NCBI GenBank assembly: GCA_963932905.1
Contig: CAWVRN010000003.1
Coordinates: forward strand, 1-64,000
DNA: 64,000 nucleotides
DNA from: an uncultured Bdellovibrio sp.
GTDB taxonomy: Bacteria; Bdellovibrionota; Bdellovibrionia; Bdellovibrionales; Bdellovibrionaceae
Direction: 5' to 3'
In this document: positions 48,679 through 58,980 of the stretch, in pieces
Position numbering within the stretch: position 1 is the first letter of the stretch
Layout: each line of letters starts with the position of its first letter
Position numbers and translations under genes: made by a program
Notes under the pieces: generated by a model
Databases searched by the model: none
Seen by the model: only the letters and a program-made list of their open reading frames with translations
Told to the model about the DNA's origin: nothing

Positions 48679-49422
48679 TTATTTGATCTCGAATTTGACC
48701 TGATTTCGATTTACCAATGTCATTGATTCAGCTAGTGATCTGACATCCTGAAACAATATAAAATACATTTTAGAATGACCTTCGGGATGTAGCTCTCGCT
48801 CGATCTGCTGAATGGCCCTTACCGTCGACTCGTCTCTGCAAATATAAAAGACAAAATCTATTCCTGTGTTAACATAGTAATAAAGGATCTTGTCCCTATA
48901 TCTATCGATCCACTTCTTAGTTGGCTCATACTCAATAGCCACCGTTTTTAACTTTTCGTTCACTTTTAAAAACGCTGCCGCATCGGATTTCATATCAATC
49001 AGGGGTTTGAGTCTTACGTCAGAATGCAAATGGCCAAAGCATTGTAGCATGTTTTCAGTGAAATACTCTTCCAACATCAATGATTTTGCAAAACGGTTTC
49101 TAATATCTACTAATCCGACATCATGTTCAAAAGTGTAAGAATGAGTCGGCTTCTGGATGAATTCAACCTCAATAGTATTCATTGCATAAGCTAATCCCGA
49201 ATCAGTTAACTCGTAAAAAATGTCACTACGGCTGATTCGCTTTTGCATTTTGTCAGTGATGAATCCGACATTCAATAGCCGCTTTAGGTAATGGCTAAGG
49301 CTTTTTTTCCCAACGCTTGGAAAAATAGCCTGGTGAATTTGATTTCTGGTCATAACTTTGTTTTCAACAAGGCGCTCTAGCAAAAGCCTTTCACGAACAG
49401 TAAAAAGTTGTTTCTTTGCCAA
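48679..49422 (-). CDS. Replication-relaxation (PF13814-like) putative relaxase
   Basis: N-terminal wHTH (LT.RE..LL..L, Y.LT..G), HD, SDA, IEYE...K...RY..K...Y. Confidence 0.75.
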   Translation of the reverse strand: MAKKQLFTVRERLLLERLVENKVMTRNQIHQAIFPSVGKKSLSHYLKRLLNVGFITDKMQKRISRSDIFYELTDSGLAYAMNTIEVEFIQKPTHSYTFEHDVGLVDIRNRFAKSLMLEEYFTENMLQCFGHLHSDVRLKPLIDMKSDAAAFLKVNEKLKTVAIEYEPTKKWIDRYRDKILYYYVNTGIDFVFYICRDESTVRAIQQIERELHPEGHSKMYFILFQDVRSLAESMTLVNRNQVKFEIK

Positions 49423-49424
49423 TT

Positions 49425-50912
49425 CTATTTAATACCTAAAGTAGGTTCAGCTTCATTCGTTGCTTCAACGATCGCCCTAAACGGCAACGAAAAATTTGAT
49501 CTGACGCCAGCTTCGTATTCAATCTTTATTTTATTGATTTCATCTTTCAATACGTCCTCTTTAACAAAAGGGGTTTGAACTTCCGTAAAAGTGGTCCCAT
49601 TTGCCCATACTGCACGCCCTTTAACGTCAGGGAGTTCAAATGCCATTTTATTTCCAAGTACGGTCAGTGATCCTTGAAGCGTATTTGCCCTGAAGCAAAT
49701 GCGACCACCCATATTTTCTTGAATTTTGGTATCAATGGTATCCGTAGTCACTTTTTGAGTTGCAATGATGAGATTCATTTTTGCAGCTCGACCTAGTTTT
49801 GCTAGATCGTCTGTTAGTTCTCGCGCTTGAGTCACATTTTTTGCGCGCTCTTTGCTGACTTTAGTCTTTCCATAAAGGACCGATGCTTCATCGACAGCAA
49901 TTACAATATAGTCCTTTTTATCCCTTTCTGGATCGATCGAAGTACGTCCATTTTTTTCTAAAAGATCAAAGCGGCTAATCATTTCTTGCCTTAGTTTAGC
50001 TAGAAGTAGATTCGCTTCGATTTCAGTTTTCGCAATGCTGACATTAGGTAAGCATGAAAATTCTTTCGCTTCGATGCCTTTTTTTAAGTCCAAAATGTAT
50101 ACTTGAATATTTTTGGTACTTTTAATTAAACTCAGAAGTGTTTGCTTAAAGAAATTACTTTTACCACCACCGGATGCCCCAGCGATCATCATATGTGGAA
50201 GACTCGACAAATATTGAATTTGAATTCCCGCCAGCGACTCACCGATAGGAAATGAAAGCGGTTCATTGATGGACTGAACCACATCTAAGTATGGAACCAT
50301 TGAAGGTATAATCTTGGTCGTGGTTAAAATTTCAACAAACTTGTTATTCGCTGTCGTCCTAATAGATTCAACTGTAGCGCCTAAGGCCATTTCAAGATCA
50401 GACTTTTTCTCTAAATACCGTTCAACACCAATTCCAATGCTAGATACTAAAACCCGCTGTCGATATTCGTCTAAATTTACAACTTTGCTAACTAAAGGCT
50501 CTCTTCCTTGTGCTGTTTTTAAACCTAGATGAGCTAACGCCTGAGAAATTTCTTTCTTTTTATCTTTCGTGACAATTCCAAATAAAAATCCAAAAAAGGC
50601 AATTGGACCAAGAATTAATATCAGCGTATGAATCAAAATCGGTAACGGCATTTCTTCGACTAAGATCTCAACTACAGTTGGCGTAAAAACATTTGGAAAA
50701 AATAAGTGCAACCATTTAAGATGTTTGTAGTTCCAAAATACCAATAGAAAACTTATCCAGCTCCATAAAAAGGCAATAAAATATAAACTCCTGAACCGAA
50801 TAAAAAGTTCGGCCGCTCCACGAATTGAAATTCCACCTAAAAATGAAAGAACTTTCAGGACCTCATCAAATCCTTTTGATGAATGACTCGCTTTGGCTTT
50901 TACCTGACTCAT
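49425..50912 (-). CDS. FtsK/SpoIIIE-type DNA translocase, TcpA-like coupling protein
   Basis: N-terminal TMs; PH..IAG.SGGGKS; D.K; EM..R; VDEA; GRAA.....ATQ. Confidence 0.88.
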   Translation of the reverse strand: MSQVKAKASHSSKGFDEVLKVLSFLGGISIRGAAELFIRFRSLYFIAFLWSWISFLLVFWNYKHLKWLHLFFPNVFTPTVVEILVEEMPLPILIHTLILILGPIAFFGFLFGIVTKDKKKEISQALAHLGLKTAQGREPLVSKVVNLDEYRQRVLVSSIGIGVERYLEKKSDLEMALGATVESIRTTANNKFVEILTTTKIIPSMVPYLDVVQSINEPLSFPIGESLAGIQIQYLSSLPHMMIAGASGGGKSNFFKQTLLSLIKSTKNIQVYILDLKKGIEAKEFSCLPNVSIAKTEIEANLLLAKLRQEMISRFDLLEKNGRTSIDPERDKKDYIVIAVDEASVLYGKTKVSKERAKNVTQARELTDDLAKLGRAAKMNLIIATQKVTTDTIDTKIQENMGGRICFRANTLQGSLTVLGNKMAFELPDVKGRAVWANGTTFTEVQTPFVKEDVLKDEINKIKIEYEAGVRSNFSLPFRAIVEATNEAEPTLGIK

Positions 50913-51910
50913 TTTTCCACATAGGTTTTTGTTAGGCTTACAATTATATCACGACCGGCTGGAATCGTAATATAGTCTTCGGTATCTTTGTAGGACTCGA
51001 TCTGTCGACTAGCTTCTTCCTGCGCCGAAGTGGATAGACCCTTCTTTATTGCATTCTCAAGGCTTGCTTTTGGCATAGTTTGGCCTAACGAGTTCATAGT
51101 TTCACGCTCAATCATTATTTCACTAGCACCCGAAGCAACACTCAGTCCGAGAGCAGCAAGTACCCGAGTATCAGACTCCGAGTTTGTATCACCGATCAGC
51201 CCAGTGGAATAGCTTTTAGGGTCCAGAACTTGGGCATTAATATCAAACTCCTGTTCCGATGGAAATAATCCCTTAGTGATTTGGATACCGACTTTGCGTC
51301 CTCGTCCAGAGTAAACAACCTGTCCAAAAAGAATAGTGCCTTTCGGAATTTCAGTTCCATATTTTGATCGACCACCATAGGGCAATAATATTTTTATCAA
51401 CTGTCCCGCCTCACGAGTGTCAATTGCCGTTAAAGTTTTTCCGATCATATTTGTTCCAATTGGGATGCTTCGCTCTGGGTCGCTAGTTCCATCGCGGACT
51501 ATAACTTGACCTGCTTTAAAGTTTATCTTTGCTGAGGGTATGCCTTGCATCGATCGCTCTTTACTGCCTCCGCCTCCACTTTTTGATACGGTTTTTCCTT
51601 CACTTAAAATTTTTCTCGCCGTGTCCGAATAGGTTCGCTTGTCATCGTGATCTAATTTCGATTCAGTCCTGGTTGGTTCTTTGGCAGCATCTACCAGTCG
51701 TTTCTCTGATTGCCCCAGAAAACTTGTGTCTTCATTACTTGATAAAACAAAAGCCGTAAGAATTAGCAAAAACAAAATAGGGCCTCCGAAGAGGCCCACT
51801 TGCTTTAGATTTATGACGTCTTTTTCGCCGTCTCGCTTCAAAAAAAACGCTTTAATGTTTGGAATTTTCCCTTTTAAAATATTCCATTTACATTTTTGTA
51901 CCGAATTCAT
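50909..51910 (-). CDS. VirB10/TrbI/TraM-like T4SS core protein
   Basis: N-terminal TM, linker, IP.GT...G and IPKGT..FG, I.IPAG. Confidence 0.7.
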   Translation of the reverse strand: MNSVQKCKWNILKGKIPNIKAFFLKRDGEKDVINLKQVGLFGGPILFLLILTAFVLSSNEDTSFLGQSEKRLVDAAKEPTRTESKLDHDDKRTYSDTARKILSEGKTVSKSGGGGSKERSMQGIPSAKINFKAGQVIVRDGTSDPERSIPIGTNMIGKTLTAIDTREAGQLIKILLPYGGRSKYGTEIPKGTILFGQVVYSGRGRKVGIQITKGLFPSEQEFDINAQVLDPKSYSTGLIGDTNSESDTRVLAALGLSVASGASEIMIERETMNSLGQTMPKASLENAIKKGLSTSAQEEASRQIESYKDTEDYITIPAGRDIIVSLTKTYVEK

Positions 51911-52656
51911 AAAAATTCCTTTTTTAACGAAAAACTTTGATTTTCATTAGGTAATGATATCAACACCTTAATATCTTGTTTTAAAATACTAGAAAAAAAT
52001 ACACGTACTTTTGCTCCAGACTTACTTTCAATTTGAGATTTTTCTTTTACGATCATTTGCCTATCAAGGGTCAGACCATTTCGAACAACAAGTAGTTTTA
52101 AATCAGCGATATCCAATTTATTTTTTGTTACATTTTGTACAAATAAATCTAAAGCATTTAATTTCATTTCAGGAAGGTACTGAATATGCGCTGGTCTTAC
52201 AATCAAACCGTTTTTGAGTTTAACCTCAATACCCCGAATTTCCTTTCTCCTCGAAACCATAGCGGATCGAAAATTAAGTGTTGATCGCTGTCGATTTGTA
52301 GAATCCCATTCTATCTTTACAAGATCATCGTGATTAACACTTCCCACTTTGAGATAGAATCCATAGGTGCGACTCTCAGTATAGACAAACATATTGGTTT
52401 TGATTTGCCCGTGTGGTTGAATCGCAATATCATTTTCAATGAACTCGATCCCAAAATAGTTTTGATTTCCAATTACTATTTTCTTTGGCTTATCTTTAAA
52501 TCTTAAGACCGTTGACTTTCCCATGCTAAGGTTAATTGATTCCATTGCACTTGGCCCTGCTGTAACAGATCTAACTCCACCAGCTAAGGCAACATTGCAC
52601 AATGCCAGTATTCCAAGCGCTAGCACCAATAACCTAATCGCCTTTCGTGCCTTCAT
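51907..52656 (-). CDS. VirB9/TraK-like secreted T4SS protein
   Basis: Signal peptide; STVLRF...P..IVIG, TN.FVYT..R.Y.F; sits between VirB8-like and VirB10-like genes. Confidence 0.6.
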   Translation of the reverse strand: MKARKAIRLLVLALGILALCNVALAGGVRSVTAGPSAMESINLSMGKSTVLRFKDKPKKIVIGNQNYFGIEFIENDIAIQPHGQIKTNMFVYTESRTYGFYLKVGSVNHDDLVKIEWDSTNRQRSTLNFRSAMVSRRKEIRGIEVKLKNGLIVRPAHIQYLPEMKLNALDLFVQNVTKNKLDIADLKLLVVRNGLTLDRQMIVKEKSQIESKSGAKVRVFFSSILKQDIKVLISLPNENQSFSLKKEFL

Positions 52657-53260
52657 GCTCTATGATACCGTTTACATATAGACCAAGAAGGTTCCAGTTA
52701 GTAACAGGACCATCAACAATTTGAAAGGACGCCTCACAGGGAACAACAAGAGGAATTCCCGCAATGCGAAGCACTTTATCATATGTCGCCGTGATTTCTT
52801 TTTCACTCACCTTGATTTTAATATGGGCAATGTCTTGAGAAACCGCCTGGTTTTTAAAATCCCGATCTCTTCTTTGAAGAAGAAGAATTTTAATTTTTTC
52901 AGTTAAAGCATCGCTCGTAAAAGGGCTTATTTCTTTTACGATTTTATCGGGTTCTAGTTTTTCCCATTTAAAATAAAGAAACAAATAGTCCGACAAGAAA
53001 CGACTAATTTGATCTTCATCAATTTTAAACGGCTTAGATTCACTTCTGAGTGGTATCTTATTCAATCCATCGTCATAAATCACAAGCGGTGACTTAAGCG
53101 ACTGAAATAGCACGACACATAGTAAAAGCATTCCAATTCCGGCACAGACCGCGCCGACTAGTTTATAAAGCTGTAACTGGTTATTTGTCTCAATCCAGTG
53201 GTCTAATGATGATTTCACTGTTTTTAAATTTTCTTTTTTCAAACTATCTTCGTTTGTCAT
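52634..53260 (-). CDS. VirB8/TraE-like bitopic T4SS protein
   Basis: Single TM, F..DYL helix, C-terminal N..GLYV..I motif. Confidence 0.65.
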   Translation of the reverse strand: MTNEDSLKKENLKTVKSSLDHWIETNNQLQLYKLVGAVCAGIGMLLLCVVLFQSLKSPLVIYDDGLNKIPLRSESKPFKIDEDQISRFLSDYLFLYFKWEKLEPDKIVKEISPFTSDALTEKIKILLLQRRDRDFKNQAVSQDIAHIKIKVSEKEITATYDKVLRIAGIPLVVPCEASFQIVDGPVTNWNLLGLYVNGIIEHEGTKGD

Positions 53261-54197
53261 TATTTCCTTTTCTTAAATCTTTAGGTAAAAATAGATTTTC
53301 ATATGTTTTTTTCATTTCATTCAGTTTTGGATTCACTCGACGCTTGAGCAATTCAGCTCTACCGACAAAGGGGTTCGTCATAGGCTTTGCCGCAAACTTT
53401 CCACCTGATACCACACCGCTCGCTATACCTTTAGCAAGTTTTGCCATTTGTGCTTTAAGCGCAACCCCTGTTGCCATTGTGGGAACAGCCGTGATGGCGG
53501 AAGCCGCGCTTTCCATACCATCATTAAGAAGTGATCTTGTCGCAATCGGAATGAAGAGCATACTAAGACCGATGGATAAATTAATGATTATAGACATCAA
53601 ATAATCTTCCATGCCAGTGACTTTGGGATTCATCGCTAATTTTAATAGCAACACCCCAAGAAGACTCCACAATATTTTCCAGAGCACAACTTGCACTAAA
53701 CCCTTGTAAAGACTAAACGTAACATGCTCAGTTTGCCGGGCCACATAAGCCAGTATCATCAGTGGCGAGCAGACAAATAATATAGTCCACACAAAGTGGA
53801 TCATCGCATTGGAAATAAAAAAACCAAGATAGGCGATGATATAGGCGGCAATATTAAAAATATAAAGTGCCGTTTCTCTTAGATTAAACCAGTCATTGCT
53901 AGCACTATTATAATTTGGCCCTAGATTTTTTAAAACGTCCCACAGTTTTTGAAGCCCGTCGATTTTTTCAGTAATGCTATCACCAATTGTCGCAATAGAG
54001 TTTAGCGTGATGTCAAAACTATATAGCAATAAAACTGAAACCAAGACCCGTCGAAAAATATCTTTAACATCTGGCTCATCACTTTTTAAAAATTCCATTA
54101 CTAGCAGTAGTAGAACAAGCGGAACAATAAGAACCCAGTAGGTCGAAACCAGCTCTGTACGCAGACTTCGACCCACATCGCTTAGATAATCAAACAT
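53244..54197 (-). CDS. VirB6/TrbL-like polytopic T4SS protein
   Basis: About 6 TMs, SPL.I motif, Gly/Ala-rich tail. Confidence 0.7.
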   Translation of the reverse strand: MFDYLSDVGRSLRTELVSTYWVLIVPLVLLLLVMEFLKSDEPDVKDIFRRVLVSVLLLYSFDITLNSIATIGDSITEKIDGLQKLWDVLKNLGPNYNSASNDWFNLRETALYIFNIAAYIIAYLGFFISNAMIHFVWTILFVCSPLMILAYVARQTEHVTFSLYKGLVQVVLWKILWSLLGVLLLKLAMNPKVTGMEDYLMSIIINLSIGLSMLFIPIATRSLLNDGMESAASAITAVPTMATGVALKAQMAKLAKGIASGVVSGGKFAAKPMTNPFVGRAELLKRRVNPKLNEMKKTYENLFLPKDLRKGNNDKRR

Positions 54198-54926
54198 CTA
54201 GAATTTTATTAGACTCATTTTCGGATTTAGTTCTTGAAAGCTTTTCCCAAGATCCTGATTCACTCGCTGAAAGTTAGAAACACTATCTTTACCCATTTTA
54301 TTTTGCATCCCAAATTGCTCGCTTTGTAGCTTTAGCATCTGAGTATTAAGACGAATCAATTGAGACAGTGATCTCAGAATCTGCGCGCTGGTTTCAGCCT
54401 GCATTCTCATGGCTCCTTTGGGCGATGCCGCACGGCTGTCAATGGCCACTCGAATTGAGTTTTCTTCTTGCTTTACCGAGTATTCCTTGAAGTCATTTAT
54501 CATTCTCAAACTTTCAGAAATAGTTTGGTCATGCAGTCTTTGCATTAACTCTTCTTTACTTTTAGGAACGGCGCCGTAAATTTCTGATATTTTTTCCACC
54601 GCCTTTTTGAAATTGCGTATTTCAGATAGTACTCTTTCATCCTTGATGGGCAACGATTCGATAAGACCCAAAGAGTTATCTAGGCCAGAGTTAACTAGGC
54701 GTAGGTAATCCCGTTGGTCTTTAGCTAGTTCGATCATGGTTTTAAGTTGATAGTACCTTCGAATATTTTCCTCCAATATTTTAATCAGGTATGTCACTTG
54801 GGTCCATCCAGATCCGTCAGTAAAAGCAGCCGCTTTGGGCGGGTTCGCAAGACCAAAAACGACTACAACTAAGATAGGCATAAAATAAAGCCGCATTGAC
54901 ACGTTTTCTAATTTAGCTACTTTCAC
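54198..54926 (-). CDS. VirB5/TrbJ-like secreted helical protein
   Basis: Signal peptide, coiled-coil Q-rich helices, position between virB4 and virB6-like genes. Confidence 0.55.
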   Translation of the reverse strand: MKVAKLENVSMRLYFMPILVVVVFGLANPPKAAAFTDGSGWTQVTYLIKILEENIRRYYQLKTMIELAKDQRDYLRLVNSGLDNSLGLIESLPIKDERVLSEIRNFKKAVEKISEIYGAVPKSKEELMQRLHDQTISESLRMINDFKEYSVKQEENSIRVAIDSRAASPKGAMRMQAETSAQILRSLSQLIRLNTQMLKLQSEQFGMQNKMGKDSVSNFQRVNQDLGKSFQELNPKMSLIKF

Positions 54927-57340
54927 GTCTTGTCCACTCCGTTTTCAAAAGCCAGTCTTTGCAGAATTTGAATTTTTGATTCATTCGGATATTTATTCTC
55001 CATTTCTTGAATTTTTGCTTTTTCATTTCCGTCACTAGTGCAAATCCAGTAACTCAGTGGTTCGGGAACTAGTCTTAGTATGGCCTGATTCTCGTCTTGA
55101 ATGAGATAAAATTCAGAGTACTTTCCTTTTACGATTTCTAGGCTTTTTATCGCTTCCACTTGAGAGTCATTAAAATCAAAGCTTGATTTAAAATCACTCC
55201 AGTCAATTTTTCGTTGTCGCAATATAAACACATTTGTTGTGTTTGGCATTAAACTCTCCGCTAGGTCTTTATCAGATAAAAAATCCCGGTAATTTTGAGA
55301 AATACAATAAATGCCGGCATTGTACTTCCTGAATGTACGAAAACAATCTATCGCAAAATCTCTTCCACTTTCTGTTTTAAAAAGGCGCTGGGCCTCATCG
55401 ATTATAAGCAAGTACGGAGTTTGAAGGTCTCTCGCGGCTTCTGTCTTTATGTAACTTGTAAAAAGAAGTAAAAAAATGTCCTTCAGTTCTCGATGATTAT
55501 CTAAACCTTTAATTTCAATCGTGATTAAATCTGACTTTAATTTTACGTTGCTTTGCCGATCCAGCATCCGTCCATAGGCAGTGTCACCGGTCCAAGAAAA
55601 TAATATTTGAGCATATTTTCTCATTTCAGTTTCAGCGTGCTCTGAAAGAATTGATTTTAAATCTGATAAAACCGGAACTCTATCTTTTACATTTTGGTAC
55701 ATTCTAAAAATGGACTCTTCAAGAAGGGCCTTTTCCCGTTTAGGAAGTCCCTTTTTATCTTCATCCTTTAAAATCAGCTCTAACACTCCAAGCATCATTT
55801 TAATTCGTGATGGACTGGGTGACGATTCTCCGTCTTCCAGGTCAAATAAATTAATCGAGATTCCCGATTCTAACGTCAGATCAATAAACTCGCCATCTAA
55901 CACTTCTAACAACCGTTGCGATGAAGCGCCGTTATCAATCCAAATAATTTTCGGACTTGGTTCTTGCCCGTAGAATTGAAGCATTAACTGCGCAACGCTA
56001 AACGATTTACCTGAACCGCTTCCTCCAAACACAAGCCCATTCCAGTTAGGAAGCTCCTTAGCAAACGGGTCTAATGAAAAAAGTGAATTTTCCCTATTTG
56101 GTAGTAAACATACTGGCCTAGAATTACCTGACCAGCCGGAATAAAAGGGCAACAGATGGGCAGCGTTTGAGGTTTTGATTTTCTTAAGCCTAAACCCTTT
56201 ACAAATGGAGGGTGCGGCGGCCAAAAATGCATCAAGACCCGCGTAAGTTTCCTGAATTCCTTCGGCCTGATTTAACGATCGAAAAGACCGCAGAACTTCA
56301 TCGGTTTTTGTTTCAAGTTCTTCTTGATTGCTTGCCCAGATGATTACATTAAAATCCATCAACACAATCTTTTCAGAGCCTTCATGAAGTTCACGCGCTA
56401 GATTTTCAATATGTTCAAGCTGAGTTTCGCTTTCAATGTCAGATACATTTTTACTACCAGAGGCCATAGATCGGGCAACTCGTCGACTCAGTTCCAACTT
56501 ACTTAGCTCCTTTTTTTGATTCAGTGTTTTTAAATTTTGACTGATCCATAAATGAAATGGAAGCTTTGTAAAATTCTCAATCATCGCAGCATGAGTGTTT
56601 CCTTCAGGTAGTATTGCTAGCGTCAATACCCGAAATTTCAAATCGCCGATTGAAATTGCATCTTTATCCACACTCATGTCACTTAAAACAACTTGGTCAG
56701 ATAGAGTGTGATCAACCGAAATTGGACGAAGATGGGGAGGTCCCATGTTTTCCACTCGATGTTTATTAAAATAAGTGAAAATATTTTTGTACCACTCGAT
56801 TGGATCAATTTCACATGGAAGCAGTCCGGCTGATTGAAGGCCGCTATATATAAGCGTGAGTGTTCTTTCAAATTTTTGTCGATGCTGCGCGTACTCTTTC
56901 TTTGTCATGATCTCAAATAATTCTCGTTTTTCCCAAAATCGTCTTTGTTTCAAACGATAACTTGCAGACCTTACATAAACGAAAATTTCAGGGACAAAGT
57001 ACTGTCGATTCTCGGCGTTGTCTCTAAGAAAGTGGACTCTCGCCTTACGAATTGGCTGATAGCTCTCTTTACAGTTTAGGGACACATCTTCATGTTTTTG
57101 AATAATATTTTCCATCTCATGATTTAATTTGTAAAATAGCTGCAAAGAGTAGTCTTCAGGTAATGAATTTAGCAGCCCCTCTATTTTTTCCGAAAAATAG
57201 TTCACTTCGGTTGGAGTTTTTAAGCTAATATCATTTCCAATAATTTTAAATCCGGCACCTAGGGAGCCGTCATTAAAAACGACTAAATTGTCGTCTAGAT
57301 GCCATAACCCTAGCATGTCTTTAATGTGATTTGCCATCAA
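54923..57340 (-). CDS. virB4: VirB4/TraC conjugative ATPase
   Basis: N..VFG.SGSGKS Walker A, IIDEA Walker B, FRKYN......SQ. Confidence 0.93.
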   Translation of the reverse strand: MMANHIKDMLGLWHLDDNLVVFNDGSLGAGFKIIGNDISLKTPTEVNYFSEKIEGLLNSLPEDYSLQLFYKLNHEMENIIQKHEDVSLNCKESYQPIRKARVHFLRDNAENRQYFVPEIFVYVRSASYRLKQRRFWEKRELFEIMTKKEYAQHRQKFERTLTLIYSGLQSAGLLPCEIDPIEWYKNIFTYFNKHRVENMGPPHLRPISVDHTLSDQVVLSDMSVDKDAISIGDLKFRVLTLAILPEGNTHAAMIENFTKLPFHLWISQNLKTLNQKKELSKLELSRRVARSMASGSKNVSDIESETQLEHIENLARELHEGSEKIVLMDFNVIIWASNQEELETKTDEVLRSFRSLNQAEGIQETYAGLDAFLAAAPSICKGFRLKKIKTSNAAHLLPFYSGWSGNSRPVCLLPNRENSLFSLDPFAKELPNWNGLVFGGSGSGKSFSVAQLMLQFYGQEPSPKIIWIDNGASSQRLLEVLDGEFIDLTLESGISINLFDLEDGESSPSPSRIKMMLGVLELILKDEDKKGLPKREKALLEESIFRMYQNVKDRVPVLSDLKSILSEHAETEMRKYAQILFSWTGDTAYGRMLDRQSNVKLKSDLITIEIKGLDNHRELKDIFLLLFTSYIKTEAARDLQTPYLLIIDEAQRLFKTESGRDFAIDCFRTFRKYNAGIYCISQNYRDFLSDKDLAESLMPNTTNVFILRQRKIDWSDFKSSFDFNDSQVEAIKSLEIVKGKYSEFYLIQDENQAILRLVPEPLSYWICTSDGNEKAKIQEMENKYPNESKIQILQRLAFENGVDKT

Positions 57341-57647
57341 TTCGAACTCCTATTATTTTTTTCCGATTTAAATCATTTTCTCCCGCAGCAAAGAATCCGT
57401 TGCTTAGATAGAATCTAAGTAAATGGATAAGATAGTCGTCGGGCTTTCCTCTTTTTCCAAAATATAAAATGCTTAGTAAAAGTGCTGGCAAGACAATCAC
57501 AAAAATAAATGAAAATGAGGTGCGACCAAAAAATAGGTTCATTACAGAAGCAAATATAAGAACCGCTAAAATGTCGGGGGCTTCCATGCCCCCAATTCTA
57601 ATTTTAGCGTCCAGCTTCCTGTGGACAGTTGATTCTTTATACTCCAT
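57321..57647 (-). CDS. VirB3-like membrane protein
   Basis: VHR.LD...RI.G.E, two TMs, K..KPD.Y; overlaps virB4 start. Confidence 0.7.
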   Translation of the reverse strand: MEYKESTVHRKLDAKIRIGGMEAPDILAVLIFASVMNLFFGRTSFSFIFVIVLPALLLSILYFGKRGKPDDYLIHLLRFYLSNGFFAAGENDLNRKKIIGVRIDGKSH

Positions 57648-57958
57648 TACATCCCTGAAATACTTTGAAGCCAGCGGATCAACATCGGCGCCAAGAACCC
57701 AACAATACTTGCAACAGCCACTAACACCATTCTAGACTTTGCCTCAGCATCGCCGGTAGCCGCGAGTATCGCCGCATACACAAGCCCTAAAACACTCACT
57801 GCCGGTAGCAGCACATTAACAAGTCCCTTTGTTACACCGCCGACCTTACTCTGAAAATCTCCTCCTCCGTACTGGGCAAATGAGAGTTCCGGTACAAATA
57901 AGGTAATGCTGATAAAGGCAAGAGTACCCAACACAATCCAAGATTGATTTTTATTCAA
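57647..57958 (-). CDS. VirB2/TrbC-like pilin
   Basis: Signal ending PELSFA-Q, two hydrophobic helices, immediately upstream of virB3/virB4. Confidence 0.75.
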   Translation of the reverse strand: MNKNQSWIVLGTLAFISITLFVPELSFAQYGGGDFQSKVGGVTKGLVNVLLPAVSVLGLVYAAILAATGDAEAKSRMVLVAVASIVGFLAPMLIRWLQSISGM

Positions 57959-57961
57959 ACT

Positions 57962-58300
57962 CTACTCTTCTGCATAAAGTGATAGAATTCGGGTATAGGG
58001 TCCTAGCTCCATGTATATGTATGGGCCACCTGCACGGGAGCTTTTTCCTATACCAATGGGTGAGGATCTAACAAATTTACCATCTTTTCTAAGACTCACA
58101 TCGACTCGGTAATGGACGGTGTCACCGTCGGAGCCGGTTGGCCTTAAGAAAATGTACTTATCATCTGGCATGGCATCAACTTTAAGTCGAAATTCACCCT
58201 TATCTTCGTGGTAAAATGCCACTCCCGCCGGAAATTTTCTGCCGGTTTCCTTATCAATCCATTCAAGATCTAATTTTTTATTTTTTACTTTATTTTCCAT
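57962..58300 (-). CDS. Hypothetical beta-rich protein, possible ssDNA-binding
   Basis: AAGGA RBS; G.AF......L..D..P beta pattern. Confidence 0.55.
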   Translation of the reverse strand: MENKVKNKKLDLEWIDKETGRKFPAGVAFYHEDKGEFRLKVDAMPDDKYIFLRPTGSDGDTVHYRVDVSLRKDGKFVRSSPIGIGKSSRAGGPYIYMELGPYTRILSLYAEE

Positions 58301-58348
58301 AGTTATTTTTCCTTCCTAGAAACTAGTTTTTTGTTTAGCTACTCTGTT

Positions 58349-58594
58349 TTAAGCAGCTTTTAATTTTAAAAGTTCTTCTCTCATTAAGCTCAGCGCTTTC
58401 GCATGAGTTACTTGCACATCATAAAGTTCCATGCCAAGCGTTTGAGCAATGTGTTTTAGACCCATTCCTAGCCAATATCTTAGATACACGATGGCCCTTT
58501 CATCCTGTGGTAGATCCATAGCTATTTGTTTGACCTCCATTTTTTCTTTATCGCCTAACGGAAAACTCCATGTTTTCTGTTTTTCTATTTTCAT
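58349..58594 (-). CDS. Stand-alone sigma70 region-4-like HTH protein
   Basis: LP.DER..V.LRY..G.....IA..LG.....V......AL..MR. Confidence 0.7.
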   Translation of the reverse strand: MKIEKQKTWSFPLGDKEKMEVKQIAMDLPQDERAIVYLRYWLGMGLKHIAQTLGMELYDVQVTHAKALSLMREELLKLKAA

Positions 58595-58607
58595 GTGTAA
58601 CTACCCA

Positions 58608-58823
58608 TTATCCTAAAAAGTGCATTCGCATAAATTTAAGTTCATTTTCGCGCTTGATTTCATCGATCTTACGATCGTCAATTTCATAACTAAATATTCT
58701 CTTCCAAAAACTTGTCTTTAATTTCTTCTCTTCCAGTTTTTTTATGTTTTGATTCATTTCTTTAGGCGCATTCTTTATCGTCATTAGCGGCCTCCAAACT
58801 GTTGCAGATTTCATTCTCTTCAT
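58608..58823 (-). CDS. Small basic hypothetical protein
   Basis: ORF in ICE leader; start uncertain. Confidence 0.4.
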   Translation of the reverse strand: MKRMKSATVWRPLMTIKNAPKEMNQNIKKLEEKKLKTSFWKRIFSYEIDDRKIDEIKRENELKFMRMHFLG

Positions 58824-58980
58824 AGGAAGTCATTTGCTTTGCTTCTCTTAGCGCTTGCAAGTTCGCTGTATCAGCATCGCTCCAATAATCTTCAAAATAA
58901 AAACAACTCACGCAGTGTGAATACGTCCGCAGAACCTCTAAAATTCCCCCGCAGCGCGGGCATCTTTGTGTTATTGCCAT
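58762..58980 (-). CDS. Small zinc-ribbon protein
   Basis: GGGGG RBS; CPRC...CVSC. Confidence 0.55.
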   Translation of the reverse strand: MAITQRCPRCGGILEVLRTYSHCVSCFYFEDYWSDADTANLQALREAKQMTSYEENEICNSLEAANDDKECA

